Notes: generated by a model from the sequence alone, not told the origin. A DNA stretch of 60,992 nucleotides from a candidate division WOR-3 bacterium (GCA_037441285.1 JBBISL010000010.1:1-60992); one strand, 5' to 3'; numbered from the stretch's first letter, positions 20,517 through 30,769 are shown. Program-made: numbers and translations.

Positions 20517-20573
20517 CTGGCAGGACACAGGACTTTGGATCCTGGCGTGAAGGTTCGACTCCTTCCACCCCAG
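20502..20573 (+). tRNA. tRNA-Gln(UUG)
   Basis: Acceptor stem TGGGGTG/CACCCCA, anticodon arm CAGGA-CTTTGGA-TCCTG, T-arm GAAGG-TTCGACT-CCTTC; CCA not fully encoded; usual position between ispE and prs. Confidence 0.95.
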
Positions 20574-20609
20574 CCTGATGAATGGTAAACCCAATTGCGG
20601 GAGGAAAGG

Positions 20610-21548
20610 ATGGCAGACGATTTGAAACTGTTTTCGGGAAGGGCAAACCGGCCCCTGGCAGAAAGAATTTCCCGGCATCTTGAGATTCCTCTCGGTGCCG
20701 CTGAGATAACTAACTTTGCCGACGGTGAAATCCGTATCACCATCAATGAGAATGTTCGGGGTAAAGATGTGTTTGTTCTTCAACCCACCCCACCCCCCGG
20801 CGACAACATCCTCGAACTGCTCCTGATGATTGACGCCTTGAAGCGTGCTTCCGCCCGGCGCATCACCGCGGTTATCCCTTATTACGGCTATGCCCGACAG
20901 GACCGGAAAGACAAACCCCGGGTGCCGCTCTCAGCAAAACTGATTGCCAATCTGTTAACCCGTGCCGGCATCGACCGGCTGTTGACGATGGATTTGCACG
21001 CCGACCAGATTCAGGGCTATTTTGACATTCCGGTCGACCATCTGTTTTCCACACCCGTTTTAGTAAAACATTTCGCCACCCGGACCGAAAACCTCGTTGT
21101 GGTTGCGCCCGACACCGGTCGGGCAAATCGGGCAAGGGGCTTTGCCGAACGTCTCGGCGATAAGATTCCCATCGCCATCATCGACAAACGCCGCGCCGCT
21201 CCGAACCAGAGCGAGGCATTGCGAGTGGTCGGTGATGTTGAGGGAATGGACGCCCTCATCTTTGACGATATGATTGATACCGGTGGCACCTTACTCCGCG
21301 CCGCCGCCGCGTTGCTCAACGCTGGTGCCCGGTCGGTTAATGCCACCGCAACCCATGGCATCTTTTCCCGTAATGCGGTGCAACTTATCGGCGATTCGCC
21401 GCTTGCTGAGGTGGTGATAACTGACACCATTTTCCAACCGCCGGAAAAGCGCCATCCGAAAATCAAGGTGCTTTCCGTTTCCGCGTTGCTGGCGGAAGCG
21501 ATTTTAAGAATTCACCGCGAGGAGTCGGTAAGTTCACTTTTTATATAA
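20610..21548 (+). CDS. prs: ribose-phosphate pyrophosphokinase
   Basis: FADGE, PYYGYARQDRK, DLHADQIQG and DDMIDTGGT. Confidence 0.98.
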   Translation: MADDLKLFSGRANRPLAERISRHLEIPLGAAEITNFADGEIRITINENVRGKDVFVLQPTPPPGDNILELLLMIDALKRASARRITAVIPYYGYARQDRKDKPRVPLSAKLIANLLTRAGIDRLLTMDLHADQIQGYFDIPVDHLFSTPVLVKHFATRTENLVVVAPDTGRANRARGFAERLGDKIPIAIIDKRRAAPNQSEALRVVGDVEGMDALIFDDMIDTGGTLLRAAAALLNAGARSVNATATHGIFSRNAVQLIGDSPLAEVVITDTIFQPPEKRHPKIKVLSVSALLAEAILRIHREESVSSLFI

Positions 21549-21557
21549 AGGAGAGTT

Positions 21558-22271
21558 ATGGCACAAATCAAGGCAAAAATCAGACTGGAAACTGGAAAAT
21601 CAAAAATGCGCAAAATGCGCCGGGCAGGACAGCTGCCCGCGGTAATGTATGGTCACGGTGACCCGTCAACGCTTCTGACCCTGTCTGCCCACGAATTTCA
21701 GCAGGTGCTCCGCGACCTGAAAGGCCGAACCCCAATTGTTGACCTCGAAATTGATGGTCAGGGTGTTGTCCGCTGTGTTATCAAAACGATTCAGCGCAAC
21801 CCGATCAACAACACCTTTCTCCACATCGACTTCCAGAAGGTTCATCCTGACGAGAAGATTACGATGAATGTCCCGGTTCTGCTCCACGGCACCGCCGAAG
21901 GGATAAAACAGGGCGGGATGCTCGAACTCCTGCTCCACGAAATCCCGGTGCGGGCGACGATTGATAAAATCCCCGAGCATTTTGACATTGACATCACCAA
22001 CCTGAAAATGGGACACTCAATCCACATCTCCGACCTGAAGTACGAAGGAGTTGAATTCCTCCTGCCCGCTGAATCGGCAATCGTCACCATCCTTACACCT
22101 CGTAAACTTGCCGCCGCAATTGAAACTCCGGCGCCCACTGAAGCCGTGGCTGAACCCGAAGTGATTAAGGAAAAGAAGAAAGAGGAAGGTGAAGAAGAGG
22201 CGACCGAAGAGAAAGCTAAAGCAGGCGAGGAGAAGAAGGAGAAAAAAGAGGAAAAAAAGAAGGAAAAGTAA
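21558..22271 (+). CDS. rplY: 50S ribosomal protein L25/Ctc with an acidic/lysine-rich tail
   Basis: PAVMYG, HIDF and GIKQGG. Confidence 0.95.
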   Translation: MAQIKAKIRLETGKSKMRKMRRAGQLPAVMYGHGDPSTLLTLSAHEFQQVLRDLKGRTPIVDLEIDGQGVVRCVIKTIQRNPINNTFLHIDFQKVHPDEKITMNVPVLLHGTAEGIKQGGMLELLLHEIPVRATIDKIPEHFDIDITNLKMGHSIHISDLKYEGVEFLLPAESAIVTILTPRKLAAAIETPAPTEAVAEPEVIKEKKKEEGEEEATEEKAKAGEEKKEKKEEKKKEK

Positions 22272-22272
22272 G

Positions 22273-22863
22273 ATGACCATCTTCGGCCTGGGGAACCCGG
22301 GAACGCGTTACGCTCAGACCCGGCACAACATCGGGTTTATGACCCTTGATACGCTTGCCCGGCGTCTGGGTGTAAAGTTCCATCACCAACCAGGCAGGTT
22401 CCTGGCACGCGCCCGCTATGCAGACACCGAACTGCTCTTGGTCAAACCACTCCTCTATATGAACGAATCGGGCGTCGTGGTCAAGGAACAACTAACAACC
22501 CAGCCCGACGAATTCCTTGTGGTCGTCGATGACCTTGCCCTGCCCTTTGGCATGCTCCGGCTGCGGCCCAGGGGCTCTGATGGTGGCCACAAAGGCCTCG
22601 CCTCAATAATCTATCACCTGAACCGAAACGACTTTCCGCGCCTGCGCATCGGCATCGGTGCCCCGATGGGAATGGATGCGGTACAATATGTCCTTTCCCC
22701 TTTTACTCCGGAGGAGAGAAAACTCCTGCCCGAAATCCTCGAACGTGCCGCTATCGCCTGTATCTCTGTGGTTACCGATGGCTTACAAAAGGCGATGAAT
22801 CTAATTAACGCCCCGGTCCCGCGCGGGCTAACCCGGACAACACCTTCTACCGAGGGATTATGA
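22273..22863 (+). CDS. pth: peptidyl-tRNA hydrolase
   Basis: GLGNPG, TRHNIGF, YMNESG, GGHKG and RLRIGIG. Confidence 0.96.
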   Translation: MTIFGLGNPGTRYAQTRHNIGFMTLDTLARRLGVKFHHQPGRFLARARYADTELLLVKPLLYMNESGVVVKEQLTTQPDEFLVVVDDLALPFGMLRLRPRGSDGGHKGLASIIYHLNRNDFPRLRIGIGAPMGMDAVQYVLSPFTPEERKLLPEILERAAIACISVVTDGLQKAMNLINAPVPRGLTRTTPSTEGL

Positions 22864-23912
22864 AGGTCGGAATTGTCGGCTTACCCAATGTCGGTAAAAC
22901 TTCGCTATTTAACATCCTGACCGGTGCCCATGCCCGCGTTGACCTGTTTCCCTTCACCACGATTGAAAAGAATGTCGGGGTCGTAACGGTGCCGGACGAA
23001 AGACTGGAACAGCTTGCCCGGATAATAAAACCACGCAAAGTAACACCGGCACACATCGACTTTGTTGACATCGCTGGATTGGTAAAAGGCGCCAGCCAGG
23101 GTGAAGGACTGGGAAACAAGTTCCTTGCCCACATCCGGGAGTCGCACCTCCTCCTCCACCTCGTGCGCAACTTCACCGCCCCTGACATCACCCACATCTT
23201 TGATACCGTGGACCCGGAACGGGATGTGGCGATTGTGGAAAGTGAACTGGCGCTCGCCGACCTCGCAATCGTCGAACGCCGCCTCGCCAGCGCCCGTAAA
23301 GAACCGGCAACACCGGAAAGAGACACCCTCATCTCGGCACTCGAGAAATTAAGCGCGGCACTCAGCCAGGGTTTTGACGCCCCGCCGCTCACCGCCGATG
23401 AAAGACAGGCGGTAAAGGAGTTCAACCTGTTTATCCTCAAACCGGTTGTCTACTGCATCAACTGCAGCGATGAGCAGCCTGCCGACCCCAATAAATTTCC
23501 CCGCCTCGCCACTCGCACCAACCTGCTCTTCTCTGCTGCCCTTGAACAGGAGATTGCCGAACTTCCCGAACCGGACAAACGCGAGTTGCGCACCAGCCTC
23601 AACCTCGCGCCCGAAGGACCGGCGGGCATCGTCCGCCAGTGTTTTGCGGCCCTGGACCTCATTCGTTTCTACACGGTCAAAGGCGAAGAGTCGCGCGCCT
23701 GGTCTGCGCCCCGTGGTACAACCGCGCTTGAAGCCGCCTATATGATTCACACCGACATTGGCAAGGGTTTCATCAAAACGGAGGTTGTCTCCTATCAGGA
23801 CCTTGTCGCCGCCGGCGGTTTTAAAACAGCCCACGAGGCAGGGAAGGTGAAAATTGAAGGCAAAAATTATCAAATACAGGACGGCGATGTCCTGTTAATC
23901 AGATTTAAATAA
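22860..23912 (+). CDS. ychF: ribosome-binding ATPase YchF
   Basis: GLPNVGK, DIAGLVKGASQGEGLGNKFL and IHTD; C-terminal TGS domain. Confidence 0.95.
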   Translation: MKVGIVGLPNVGKTSLFNILTGAHARVDLFPFTTIEKNVGVVTVPDERLEQLARIIKPRKVTPAHIDFVDIAGLVKGASQGEGLGNKFLAHIRESHLLLHLVRNFTAPDITHIFDTVDPERDVAIVESELALADLAIVERRLASARKEPATPERDTLISALEKLSAALSQGFDAPPLTADERQAVKEFNLFILKPVVYCINCSDEQPADPNKFPRLATRTNLLFSAALEQEIAELPEPDKRELRTSLNLAPEGPAGIVRQCFAALDLIRFYTVKGEESRAWSAPRGTTALEAAYMIHTDIGKGFIKTEVVSYQDLVAAGGFKTAHEAGKVKIEGKNYQIQDGDVLLIRFK

Positions 23913-23924
23913 AAAGGAGGACCT

Positions 23925-24296
23925 GTGAACAACTATGAACTAACATTAATCGTTGACCCCAACCTCTCGGAAAAAGATGGGGCGCGGCTCCAGGAGGAGC
24001 TGGTTAACATCTTGAAAAACCACGGTGCCGCGAAGTTCTACGACATTCGCACCGAACGCCGCGCCCTCGCCTATCCGGTTCGTAAACACCGCGAAGGCAT
24101 TTACTTTTTCATCGCTTTTCTTGGTCCTGCCGACCTACCGGAAAAGGTTCGCCAGGACCTGATGCACCGCGAGGAGATTCTCCGGTTGTCGTTTTTCCGT
24201 CTGCCCCATCCACCTGCCGGCACCGAACCAGCAACCCAGCCCGGCGCTTCGGCTCCATCCGAAGCCGCCACACCCGGTGAGGTGTCCAATGACTGA
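23925..24296 (+). CDS. rpsF: 30S ribosomal protein S6
   Basis: YELTLIVDP and RALAYPVRKHREGIY; strong SD. Confidence 0.92.
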   Translation: MNNYELTLIVDPNLSEKDGARLQEELVNILKNHGAAKFYDIRTERRALAYPVRKHREGIYFFIAFLGPADLPEKVRQDLMHREEILRLSFFRLPHPPAGTEPATQPGASAPSEAATPGEVSND

Positions 24297-24756
24297 ACAA
24301 TCCCGTAACAGTTCAGGCAATCTGCGGCTCGGCTATCTCAACACTGTGATTATTATGGGAAGACTCACCGCTGATGCCGACCTGCGCTACACGCCCAAAG
24401 GCACCCCAGTTTGTTCATTCCGCATTGCCGTCAACCGCCGATTTAAAGAGAACGACGAAAACTGGAAAGATGAAACTTACTTCTTCAGTGTTACGATCTG
24501 GGCAAAACTGGCAGAGCGCTTGAGCGAACGGCTTAAAAAGGGAACCGCGGTATTGATCAACGGCGAGTTACGCAGCCGCAGCTGGGAAACCCCAACTGGT
24601 GAAAAACGAAGTGAGGTCAACATCTACGGACGCAATGTGCAGATTCTCGACCGCAGCGCCGCACCCGGTCCCGAGGAAACAGATATCGACGCCATTCCCC
24701 CTGTTGATGAAGAACCCGACATCCCCAAAGACCAGCTCGATGATATCCCTTTCTGA
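24289..24756 (+). CDS. ssb: single-stranded DNA-binding protein
   Basis: GRLTAD, LRYTPKG and C-terminal DDIPF. Confidence 0.96.
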   Translation: MTEQSRNSSGNLRLGYLNTVIIMGRLTADADLRYTPKGTPVCSFRIAVNRRFKENDENWKDETYFFSVTIWAKLAERLSERLKKGTAVLINGELRSRSWETPTGEKRSEVNIYGRNVQILDRSAAPGPEETDIDAIPPVDEEPDIPKDQLDDIPF

Positions 24757-24794
24757 AACCGGGAAAAGGCGATTGGGCTTCAACAAGGCAAAGA

Positions 24795-24823
24795 TTGACA
24801 AAGGGTAATATTTCTGGTATAAG
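24795..24823 (+). promoter_or_regulatory. sigma70-like promoter TTGACA-17-TATAAG, 10 nt before the rplM ATG
   Basis: Direct motif match; no SD. Confidence 0.7.
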
Positions 24824-24833
24824 GATTGTTACG

Positions 24834-25265
24834 ATGAAAACTTCGATAGCAAAAAAATCGGAAATAAAAGGCGAATGGTATCTCATTGATGCCAACAAGC
24901 AGGTTCTGGGCCGGCTGGCAACCTGCATCGCCCCCCTGCTTATGGGCAAACACCACCCGAACTACACCCCGCATATCGATGCTGGAGACCATGTGGTGGT
25001 AATCAACGCCGGCAGGATTCGGTTAACCGGTAATAAAACAGAGCAGAAGATGTACTACCAACACTCCACCCTACCGGGAAAACTTAAGGTGCGAACCTAC
25101 CGGCAGACGGTCGAACGATTTCCCACCCGTCCTCTGCAACTGGCGGTGCGCCGCATGCTACCGAAAAATCGCCTTCAGGCAAAACGCATTCGCCGCCTCC
25201 ACATCTATGTCGGGACTGAGCATCCTCACCAGGCACAGAAACTTATACCGGTAACCATAAAATAA
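24834..25265 (+). CDS. rplM: 50S ribosomal protein L13
   Basis: WYLIDA, LGRLA, GKHHPNYTPH and MLPKN. Confidence 0.97.
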   Translation: MKTSIAKKSEIKGEWYLIDANKQVLGRLATCIAPLLMGKHHPNYTPHIDAGDHVVVINAGRIRLTGNKTEQKMYYQHSTLPGKLKVRTYRQTVERFPTRPLQLAVRRMLPKNRLQAKRIRRLHIYVGTEHPHQAQKLIPVTIK

Positions 25266-25266
25266 T

Positions 25267-25656
25267 ATGAACCAAGTATACTTTGCAACTGGCTCACGCA
25301 AAACCGCCGTCGCCAAAGTCCGGCTTATCCCGGGCACTACGGAAAGCACGGTCAATGGCAAACCATTTGAAACCTACTTTGGCCGCAACGACCTTGTGCG
25401 TGTGGCATTTGCGCCCCTTGAGATAACCGGCACGCGCGCTACATTTGGAATCAAATGTACCGTGGAAGGCGGCGGATTATCCGCTCAGGCTGGAGCGGTA
25501 GCGCTGGGTGCGGCTCGGGCATTGTTGACCTACAACCCGGAACTGCGCGCCCAGCTTAAGGCGGCAGCGCTACTAAAGCGCGACCCGCGAGAAAAAGAAA
25601 GAATGAAGTATGGATTGGCAAAAAGAAGGAAGCGGTTCCAGTGGACCAAACGTTAA
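25267..25656 (+). CDS. rpsI: 30S ribosomal protein S9
   Basis: [16 protein letters not shown] and [12 protein letters not shown]...QWTKR. Confidence 0.97.
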   Translation: MNQVYFATGSRKTAVAKVRLIPGTTESTVNGKPFETYFGRNDLVRVAFAPLEITGTRATFGIKCTVEGGGLSAQAGAVALGAARALLTYNPELRAQLKAAALLKRDPREKERMKYGLAKRRKRFQWTKR

Positions 25657-26369
25657 ACATTAAACAACTACTTGAAGCCGGGCTCCATTTTGGACATCAC
25701 TCCCGGCGTTGGAACCCGAAGATGAAACCCTACATCTTCGGGAAAAGAAACGGTATTTTCATCATCGACCTCGAAAAGACGCTCGAGCGGTTACGCACCG
25801 CCTACGATGTCGTGCGTTCAATCACCGAATCCGGCAAAGAGATTATCTTCGTCGGTACCAAACCCCAGGCAAGGCCGATAATTGAAGAAGAAGCAAAACG
25901 CTGTAACTCCTGCTATGTTACCGAACGCTGGGTCGGCGGCATCCTTACCAACTTTGAGGTCATCGCCACCCGTATTAGCCGACTGGCTAAACTGGAGCAG
26001 TTGCTCAATCAACCACAGCTCAATGCCACCAAGAAAGAGGCGATGCGACTGCAACGGGAGCACCAGAAACTGGCAAAACTTTTTGCCGGTCTCCAGCAAC
26101 TGGACCGGCTGCCCGGAGCGATATTTGTTGTTGACCCGGTACGGGAAGCCACCGCCGTGGCAGAAGCCCGTCGGATGAAGGTGCCCATCATCGCCCTGAT
26201 TGACACCAATGGCGACCCGGAACTGATCGACTATCCGATACCGGGGAATGACGATGCGCTGCGCTCCATCAGACTGGTGACAAGCATCATCGCCAATGCG
26301 GTAATGGAAGGCAAAAAACAATTTGAAACTGAAGGTATGGGGGCAGAGGAACAATCAAGGGAGGTATGA
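25641..26369 (+). CDS. rpsB: 30S ribosomal protein S2
   Basis: [19 protein letters not shown] and PGNDDA. Confidence 0.97.
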   Translation: MDQTLNIKQLLEAGLHFGHHSRRWNPKMKPYIFGKRNGIFIIDLEKTLERLRTAYDVVRSITESGKEIIFVGTKPQARPIIEEEAKRCNSCYVTERWVGGILTNFEVIATRISRLAKLEQLLNQPQLNATKKEAMRLQREHQKLAKLFAGLQQLDRLPGAIFVVDPVREATAVAEARRMKVPIIALIDTNGDPELIDYPIPGNDDALRSIRLVTSIIANAVMEGKKQFETEGMGAEEQSREV

Positions 26370-26965
26370 GTATGGCTCAACCGATGGAAAAAGTTGTCGA
26401 ACTGCGCCGCCGAACCGGTGCCGGAGTTATGGACTGCAAAACTGCGCTGGAAGAGGCGCAGGGCAACATTGACCAGGCGATTGAAATCTTACGCAAAAGA
26501 GGCATCGCCAAAGCAGCGAAAAAGGCAGAACGCCCCACCGCCGCGGGTGTTGTTGATGCCTACATTCACCCCGGGGAGCGACTTGGCGTTTTAGTGGAAG
26601 TTGACACCGAAACCGACTTCGTCGCCCGCAACCAGGAATTCCGGCGCTTTGTGCGGGACATTGCAATGCACATCGCCGCCTGTGACCCCATCGCCATCGA
26701 CCGCACCCAGGTACCTCAGGAAGTGATTGAGCAGGAAAAACGCATCTATCAGGAACAAGCCGCCCAGACCGGAAAACCGGCGCCAGTTGTTGAAAAAATT
26801 GTCCAGGGCAAGGTCGAGAAATTTTACGCTGAAGTGTGCCTCCTGGAGCAGCAATTTGTCAAAGCACCGGAAAAAACTGTCGGTGACTACTTAAAAGAAA
26901 ATATCGCCAAGTTCGGCGAAAACATCGTCATCCGACGTTTCGCCCGGTTCAAACTGGGTGAGTAG
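26366..26965 (+). CDS. tsf: elongation factor Ts (short form)
   Basis: [13 protein letters not shown] and ETDFVARN. Confidence 0.97.
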   Translation: MSMAQPMEKVVELRRRTGAGVMDCKTALEEAQGNIDQAIEILRKRGIAKAAKKAERPTAAGVVDAYIHPGERLGVLVEVDTETDFVARNQEFRRFVRDIAMHIAACDPIAIDRTQVPQEVIEQEKRIYQEQAAQTGKPAPVVEKIVQGKVEKFYAEVCLLEQQFVKAPEKTVGDYLKENIAKFGENIVIRRFARFKLGE

Positions 26966-27638
26966 CTGCTACCACCGCGTCCTTTTAAAACTGTCCGGCG
27001 AATGTTTCGAACGTGAGGCGCTTATTGCCGACCTCGTGCACCAGTTGTACCGGGCTCACAAAAAGGGGGTAAAACTGGCACTGGTTCTGGGCGGTGGTAA
27101 TATCATCCGCGGCCGCAGCGCCAAACAGCTGGACCAGGTTGCCGCAGACCAGGCTGGGATGCTTGCCACCGTAATAAACGGCATCATTCTTACCGAACGA
27201 CTAAAACAGAAGGTCCCGACCTGCCACCTCGCCGCTTTCCCGGTGGGAAAATTTGTCCCCCAGTACAACATCGCCCGGGCACGACTACTCCTTGAAGAAG
27301 ACAAAATTCTCATACTTTCCGGAGGCACCGGCAACCCATTCTTTTCCACCGACTCGGCGGCGGCTCTGCGCGCCCTGGAACTCAAAATGGAAATTATCCT
27401 CAAAGGAACCAATGTCCCGGGCATCTTTTCCGCTGACCCCAAGATGGACCCGAACGCGCAATTCTATCCCCGCCTTAGCTATGAAAAGGCTTTAGCCGAA
27501 GGGCTAAAGATAATGGACCAGACGGCATTTGCCCTCTGTCGAGAACATCGAATTCCCATTGTCGTGTTTGACATCGGTCAGCCTGATGCTATTCTAAAAA
27601 TCATCGGAGGTAAAAAAATCGGGAGTTGTGTATGTTAG
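26958..27638 (+). CDS. pyrH: uridylate kinase
   Basis: LLKLSGE, GGGNIIRG, GMLATVIN and GTGNPFFSTDSAA. Confidence 0.95.
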   Translation: MSSCYHRVLLKLSGECFEREALIADLVHQLYRAHKKGVKLALVLGGGNIIRGRSAKQLDQVAADQAGMLATVINGIILTERLKQKVPTCHLAAFPVGKFVPQYNIARARLLLEEDKILILSGGTGNPFFSTDSAAALRALELKMEIILKGTNVPGIFSADPKMDPNAQFYPRLSYEKALAEGLKIMDQTAFALCREHRIPIVVFDIGQPDAILKIIGGKKIGSCVC

Positions 27639-28189
27639 AAAAACTTTACAACGAATGTCGTGCCAAGATGACAAAAGCGCTCGAACTGCTCGCCGGTGAA
27701 TTCGCCCGTATCCGGACCGCCCGTGCCAACCCGGCGATTCTCGATGGTATCAAAGTAAATTACTACAACACGCCGACGCCTTTAAGACAGGTTGCCAATA
27801 TTTCGGTCCCTGAACCCCGACAACTGGTAGTTCAACCCTGGGACCGCACGATTCTGCCTGAGATTGAAAAGGCGATTCTCAAAGCCGAGCTTGGACTTAC
27901 CCCAAAGGTTGAAGCCAATCTCGTCCGCATCCCCATCCCGCCGCTCAGCGAAGAGCGACGCCGGGAACTGGGCAAACTCTGCGCCAAACTTGCCGAAGAT
28001 ACCCGTGTCGCCATCCGGGCGGTACGCCGCGATCTAAATGAAGAGGCGAAAAAACTGGAAAAGGGAAAGAAAATCTCCGAAGACGACGCCAAGCTTGCCC
28101 AGAAGAAAATCCAGGAGATTACCGACGAGTTCATCAAAAAGGTTGATGAACTACTTGAGAAAAAGCAAGCCGAAATAATGGAGCGGTAA
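27632..28189 (+). CDS. frr: ribosome recycling factor
   Basis: IRTARANP, QPWD and PPLSEERRREL. Confidence 0.97.
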   Translation: MLEKLYNECRAKMTKALELLAGEFARIRTARANPAILDGIKVNYYNTPTPLRQVANISVPEPRQLVVQPWDRTILPEIEKAILKAELGLTPKVEANLVRIPIPPLSEERRRELGKLCAKLAEDTRVAIRAVRRDLNEEAKKLEKGKKISEDDAKLAQKKIQEITDEFIKKVDELLEKKQAEIMER

Positions 28190-28237
28190 ACACGAGACGC
28201 CTCAGCCCGTTTTGATAAGGCATACAAAAACAGGATA

Positions 28238-28954
28238 ATGCTTAAACTCCGTATTCCAGTTCACATCGCCGCAATAATGGACGGCAATGGCCGCTGGGCA
28301 AAACGCCGGGGACTACCGCGCACCTTTGGTCATCGCCAGGGGGTAAAGGCATTGCGCGAAATTGTTGAGACCTGCGGCGAGATTGGCGTGCGTTTCCTCA
28401 CCGTCTTTACATTCTCAACCGAGAACTGGTACAGGCCGAAAAAAGAAGTTGATAACCTGATAAAATTGATTGGCCGGGCGGTGGATGAACAGCGGGATGA
28501 TATGATAAAAAACAATGTGCGCTTTCGTGCCATTGGCCGGTTAACCGACTTTCCCGAAACGGTCCAGAAAAAGGTAAGCGCGCTTATGGCTGAGACCCAA
28601 CACAACACCGGTGTGACATTTACCATCGCTTTGAGTTATGGAGGCAGAACCGAAATAATCGACGCCTGCCAGCGTATCTGGGAACTGGGCAAAAAAGGCA
28701 GGATTACCACCCCTCCCGATTCCGAAGAGCAGTTTCGTCGTTTCCTCTATGACCCGGAGTTGCCCGACATCGACCTCCTGATTCGCACCGGGGGCGAAAA
28801 GCGCATATCCAACTTTCTTCTCTGGCACCTCGCCTATGCGGAACTGTATTTTACCGAAACCCTCTGGCCCGATTTCCGACGCAAGCAACTGCTTGAGGCA
28901 ATTGAGGAATTCTCAAGGAGGGAACGCCGCTTTGGCCGTATTAAAGAAAAATAG
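28238..28954 (+). CDS. uppS: undecaprenyl diphosphate synthase
   Basis: IMDGNGRWA, FSTENW, DLLIRTGGEKRISNFLLW and RERRFG. Confidence 0.97.
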   Translation: MLKLRIPVHIAAIMDGNGRWAKRRGLPRTFGHRQGVKALREIVETCGEIGVRFLTVFTFSTENWYRPKKEVDNLIKLIGRAVDEQRDDMIKNNVRFRAIGRLTDFPETVQKKVSALMAETQHNTGVTFTIALSYGGRTEIIDACQRIWELGKKGRITTPPDSEEQFRRFLYDPELPDIDLLIRTGGEKRISNFLLWHLAYAELYFTETLWPDFRRKQLLEAIEEFSRRERRFGRIKEK

Positions 28955-29753
28955 CCTCGCCGGTCGAATTGTTATCGGCACGGTTCTTGCTCTGGCGGTA
29001 GCCGGCATCACCCTTTACACCAGACCTGAAGTGCTCACCATTCTCGTTATCCTCTGGATTCTTCTGGCAACGGTGGAGTTCGTTAACCTTTTGCGCATTG
29101 CTGAAATCAACCTGAATCTATGGCTGCTCGCCTTTCTAAACCTGACGATTGCCCTTGCTGCCCATTTAAAACTCCTGCCCCACTTCCTCATCGCGCCCAT
29201 CGCGGTCGTCTTCCTCTGGGCAACAACCCAGCGGCAGCCCTTACCCCGCATTCCGGTCTACAGCCTCTTCACCCTGATTTACCTTGGCTTCCTGCCCGCG
29301 CACCTGATTCTCATTCGCTGCACCGTACAGGATAAAAACCTGTCACCATGGCTCACCCTCTTTCCTCTGATATTAACCTGGACCAATGATACCGCCGCCT
29401 ACGCCTTAGGACGACTCTGGGGCAGACATAAACTTGCCCCGGTCCTCAGCCCCAACAAAACAGTAGAAGGTTTCTTCTCGGGAATCGTTTTTTCCGGTAT
29501 CCTCAGCGGCTTGTGGCTACCCAAATTGGCGCCATTTTCCCAGTATTCAGCCGGCATTGCCGTACTCTTAGGAGCCGTGCTGGGCGCCCTCGCTCAAGCC
29601 GGTGACCTGTTTGAATCCCTCTTCAAAAGAGCGGTGGGAACAAAAGACAGTTCCACCATTCTCGGAGCACACGGTGGCTTTTTAGACCGAATCGACAGCC
29701 TCTTACTCACCATTCCGGCGTTCTACTATTTCCTCTTACTCTTCCTTCGATGA
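28932..29753 (+). CDS. cdsA: phosphatidate cytidylyltransferase (TTG start after SD AAGGAGG)
   Basis: DTAAY, SPNKTVEG, GDLFESLFKR and HGGFLDRIDS. Confidence 0.93.
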   Translation: MAVLKKNSLAGRIVIGTVLALAVAGITLYTRPEVLTILVILWILLATVEFVNLLRIAEINLNLWLLAFLNLTIALAAHLKLLPHFLIAPIAVVFLWATTQRQPLPRIPVYSLFTLIYLGFLPAHLILIRCTVQDKNLSPWLTLFPLILTWTNDTAAYALGRLWGRHKLAPVLSPNKTVEGFFSGIVFSGILSGLWLPKLAPFSQYSAGIAVLLGAVLGALAQAGDLFESLFKRAVGTKDSSTILGAHGGFLDRIDSLLLTIPAFYYFLLLFLR

Positions 29754-30769
29754 AATTCACCGACCCGGTTATCATCCGCGAAGGTCCCGCCCTTACGCTG
29801 CATTGCATCGCCTTTGACTCCCTCGGTGTAAAAGGGATGTGCACCCGTATCGAAACCCCTGATATTGTGGTAACAATCGACCCTGGAGTCTCAGCGCAGA
29901 CCGACGAATTTCCCCTGCCCGAAGAACAGCGCCTGAAACTTTTAACCCGATTCCAGCAACTGGTCCGCGAATCCTGTACCCGCTCCCAAATTCTAATAAT
30001 TTCTCACTACCATCTCGACCATTTCATCGACACCCGGGACCCGGAAATTTATTCCGGAAAGGTCATATTTGCCAAGGCGATTAACGACCTTCCCAAAAAA
30101 CAGCAGGAAACCGCGCACCGCTTTTTCCAGACGATCGACGGTTTACCTAAAGAAATCATCTGGGCAGATGGACGACGCTTCAAGTTCAAGAAAACCGAAA
30201 TCGGCTTCTCCACTCCCCTCTGGCACGGCAAGGCACAAGCCGAACCGGGTAAGGTAATCATGACCGATGTCCGAAGGGGTAAAGAGTCTGTTTTGATATC
30301 ATCCGATGTCGCCGGACCAATTGACGATGAGGTTACGACAGCAATCTGCCAGCTCAACCCCCAGCAAGCGGTCATTGATGGCTATCCCAGTTTTTTGCAA
30401 GGTGACCCTGTTTCCGACATCGACCTGATAAAAAGTATCATTAACCTCTGTCGCATTCTATCCCTGCCCGCGCTAAAAACATTAATCCTTGACCATCACA
30501 TTGCCCGTGACTACCGTTACCCGGCGCTTTTCAAACTGCTCTATGACAAGGCGAAAAAACTCAAAAAACAGTTCGGAACCGTCGCCGAACTTACCGGACA
30601 AAATAGCGTTGTCCTTGAAGCACTGAAAAACTATGGCACAACACGCTGGCATCGCTGGCAACCAATTGAACAAGAGACGGCTCGCACCAGCCTTGAAAAG
30701 GCACTAACCAGGGGCAAACTAACCCCGGAATGGCTCAACGCCTTTAACCGCTGGGTCTTAGACCCCTGA
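29750..30769 (+). CDS. metallo-beta-lactamase-fold hydrolase, UPF0282-like
   Basis: AFDSLGVK, IDPGVS, ISHYHLDH, WHG, SDV and LDHHIARD; ATGA overlap with cdsA. Confidence 0.75.
   Translation: MKFTDPVIIREGPALTLHCIAFDSLGVKGMCTRIETPDIVVTIDPGVSAQTDEFPLPEEQRLKLLTRFQQLVRESCTRSQILIISHYHLDHFIDTRDPEIYSGKVIFAKAINDLPKKQQETAHRFFQTIDGLPKEIIWADGRRFKFKKTEIGFSTPLWHGKAQAEPGKVIMTDVRRGKESVLISSDVAGPIDDEVTTAICQLNPQQAVIDGYPSFLQGDPVSDIDLIKSIINLCRILSLPALKTLILDHHIARDYRYPALFKLLYDKAKKLKKQFGTVAELTGQNSVVLEALKNYGTTRWHRWQPIEQETARTSLEKALTRGKLTPEWLNAFNRWVLDP

Noticed and set aside
22165..22271. Purine-rich low-complexity run
   Set aside because: It encodes the ordinary Glu/Lys tail of L25/Ctc.
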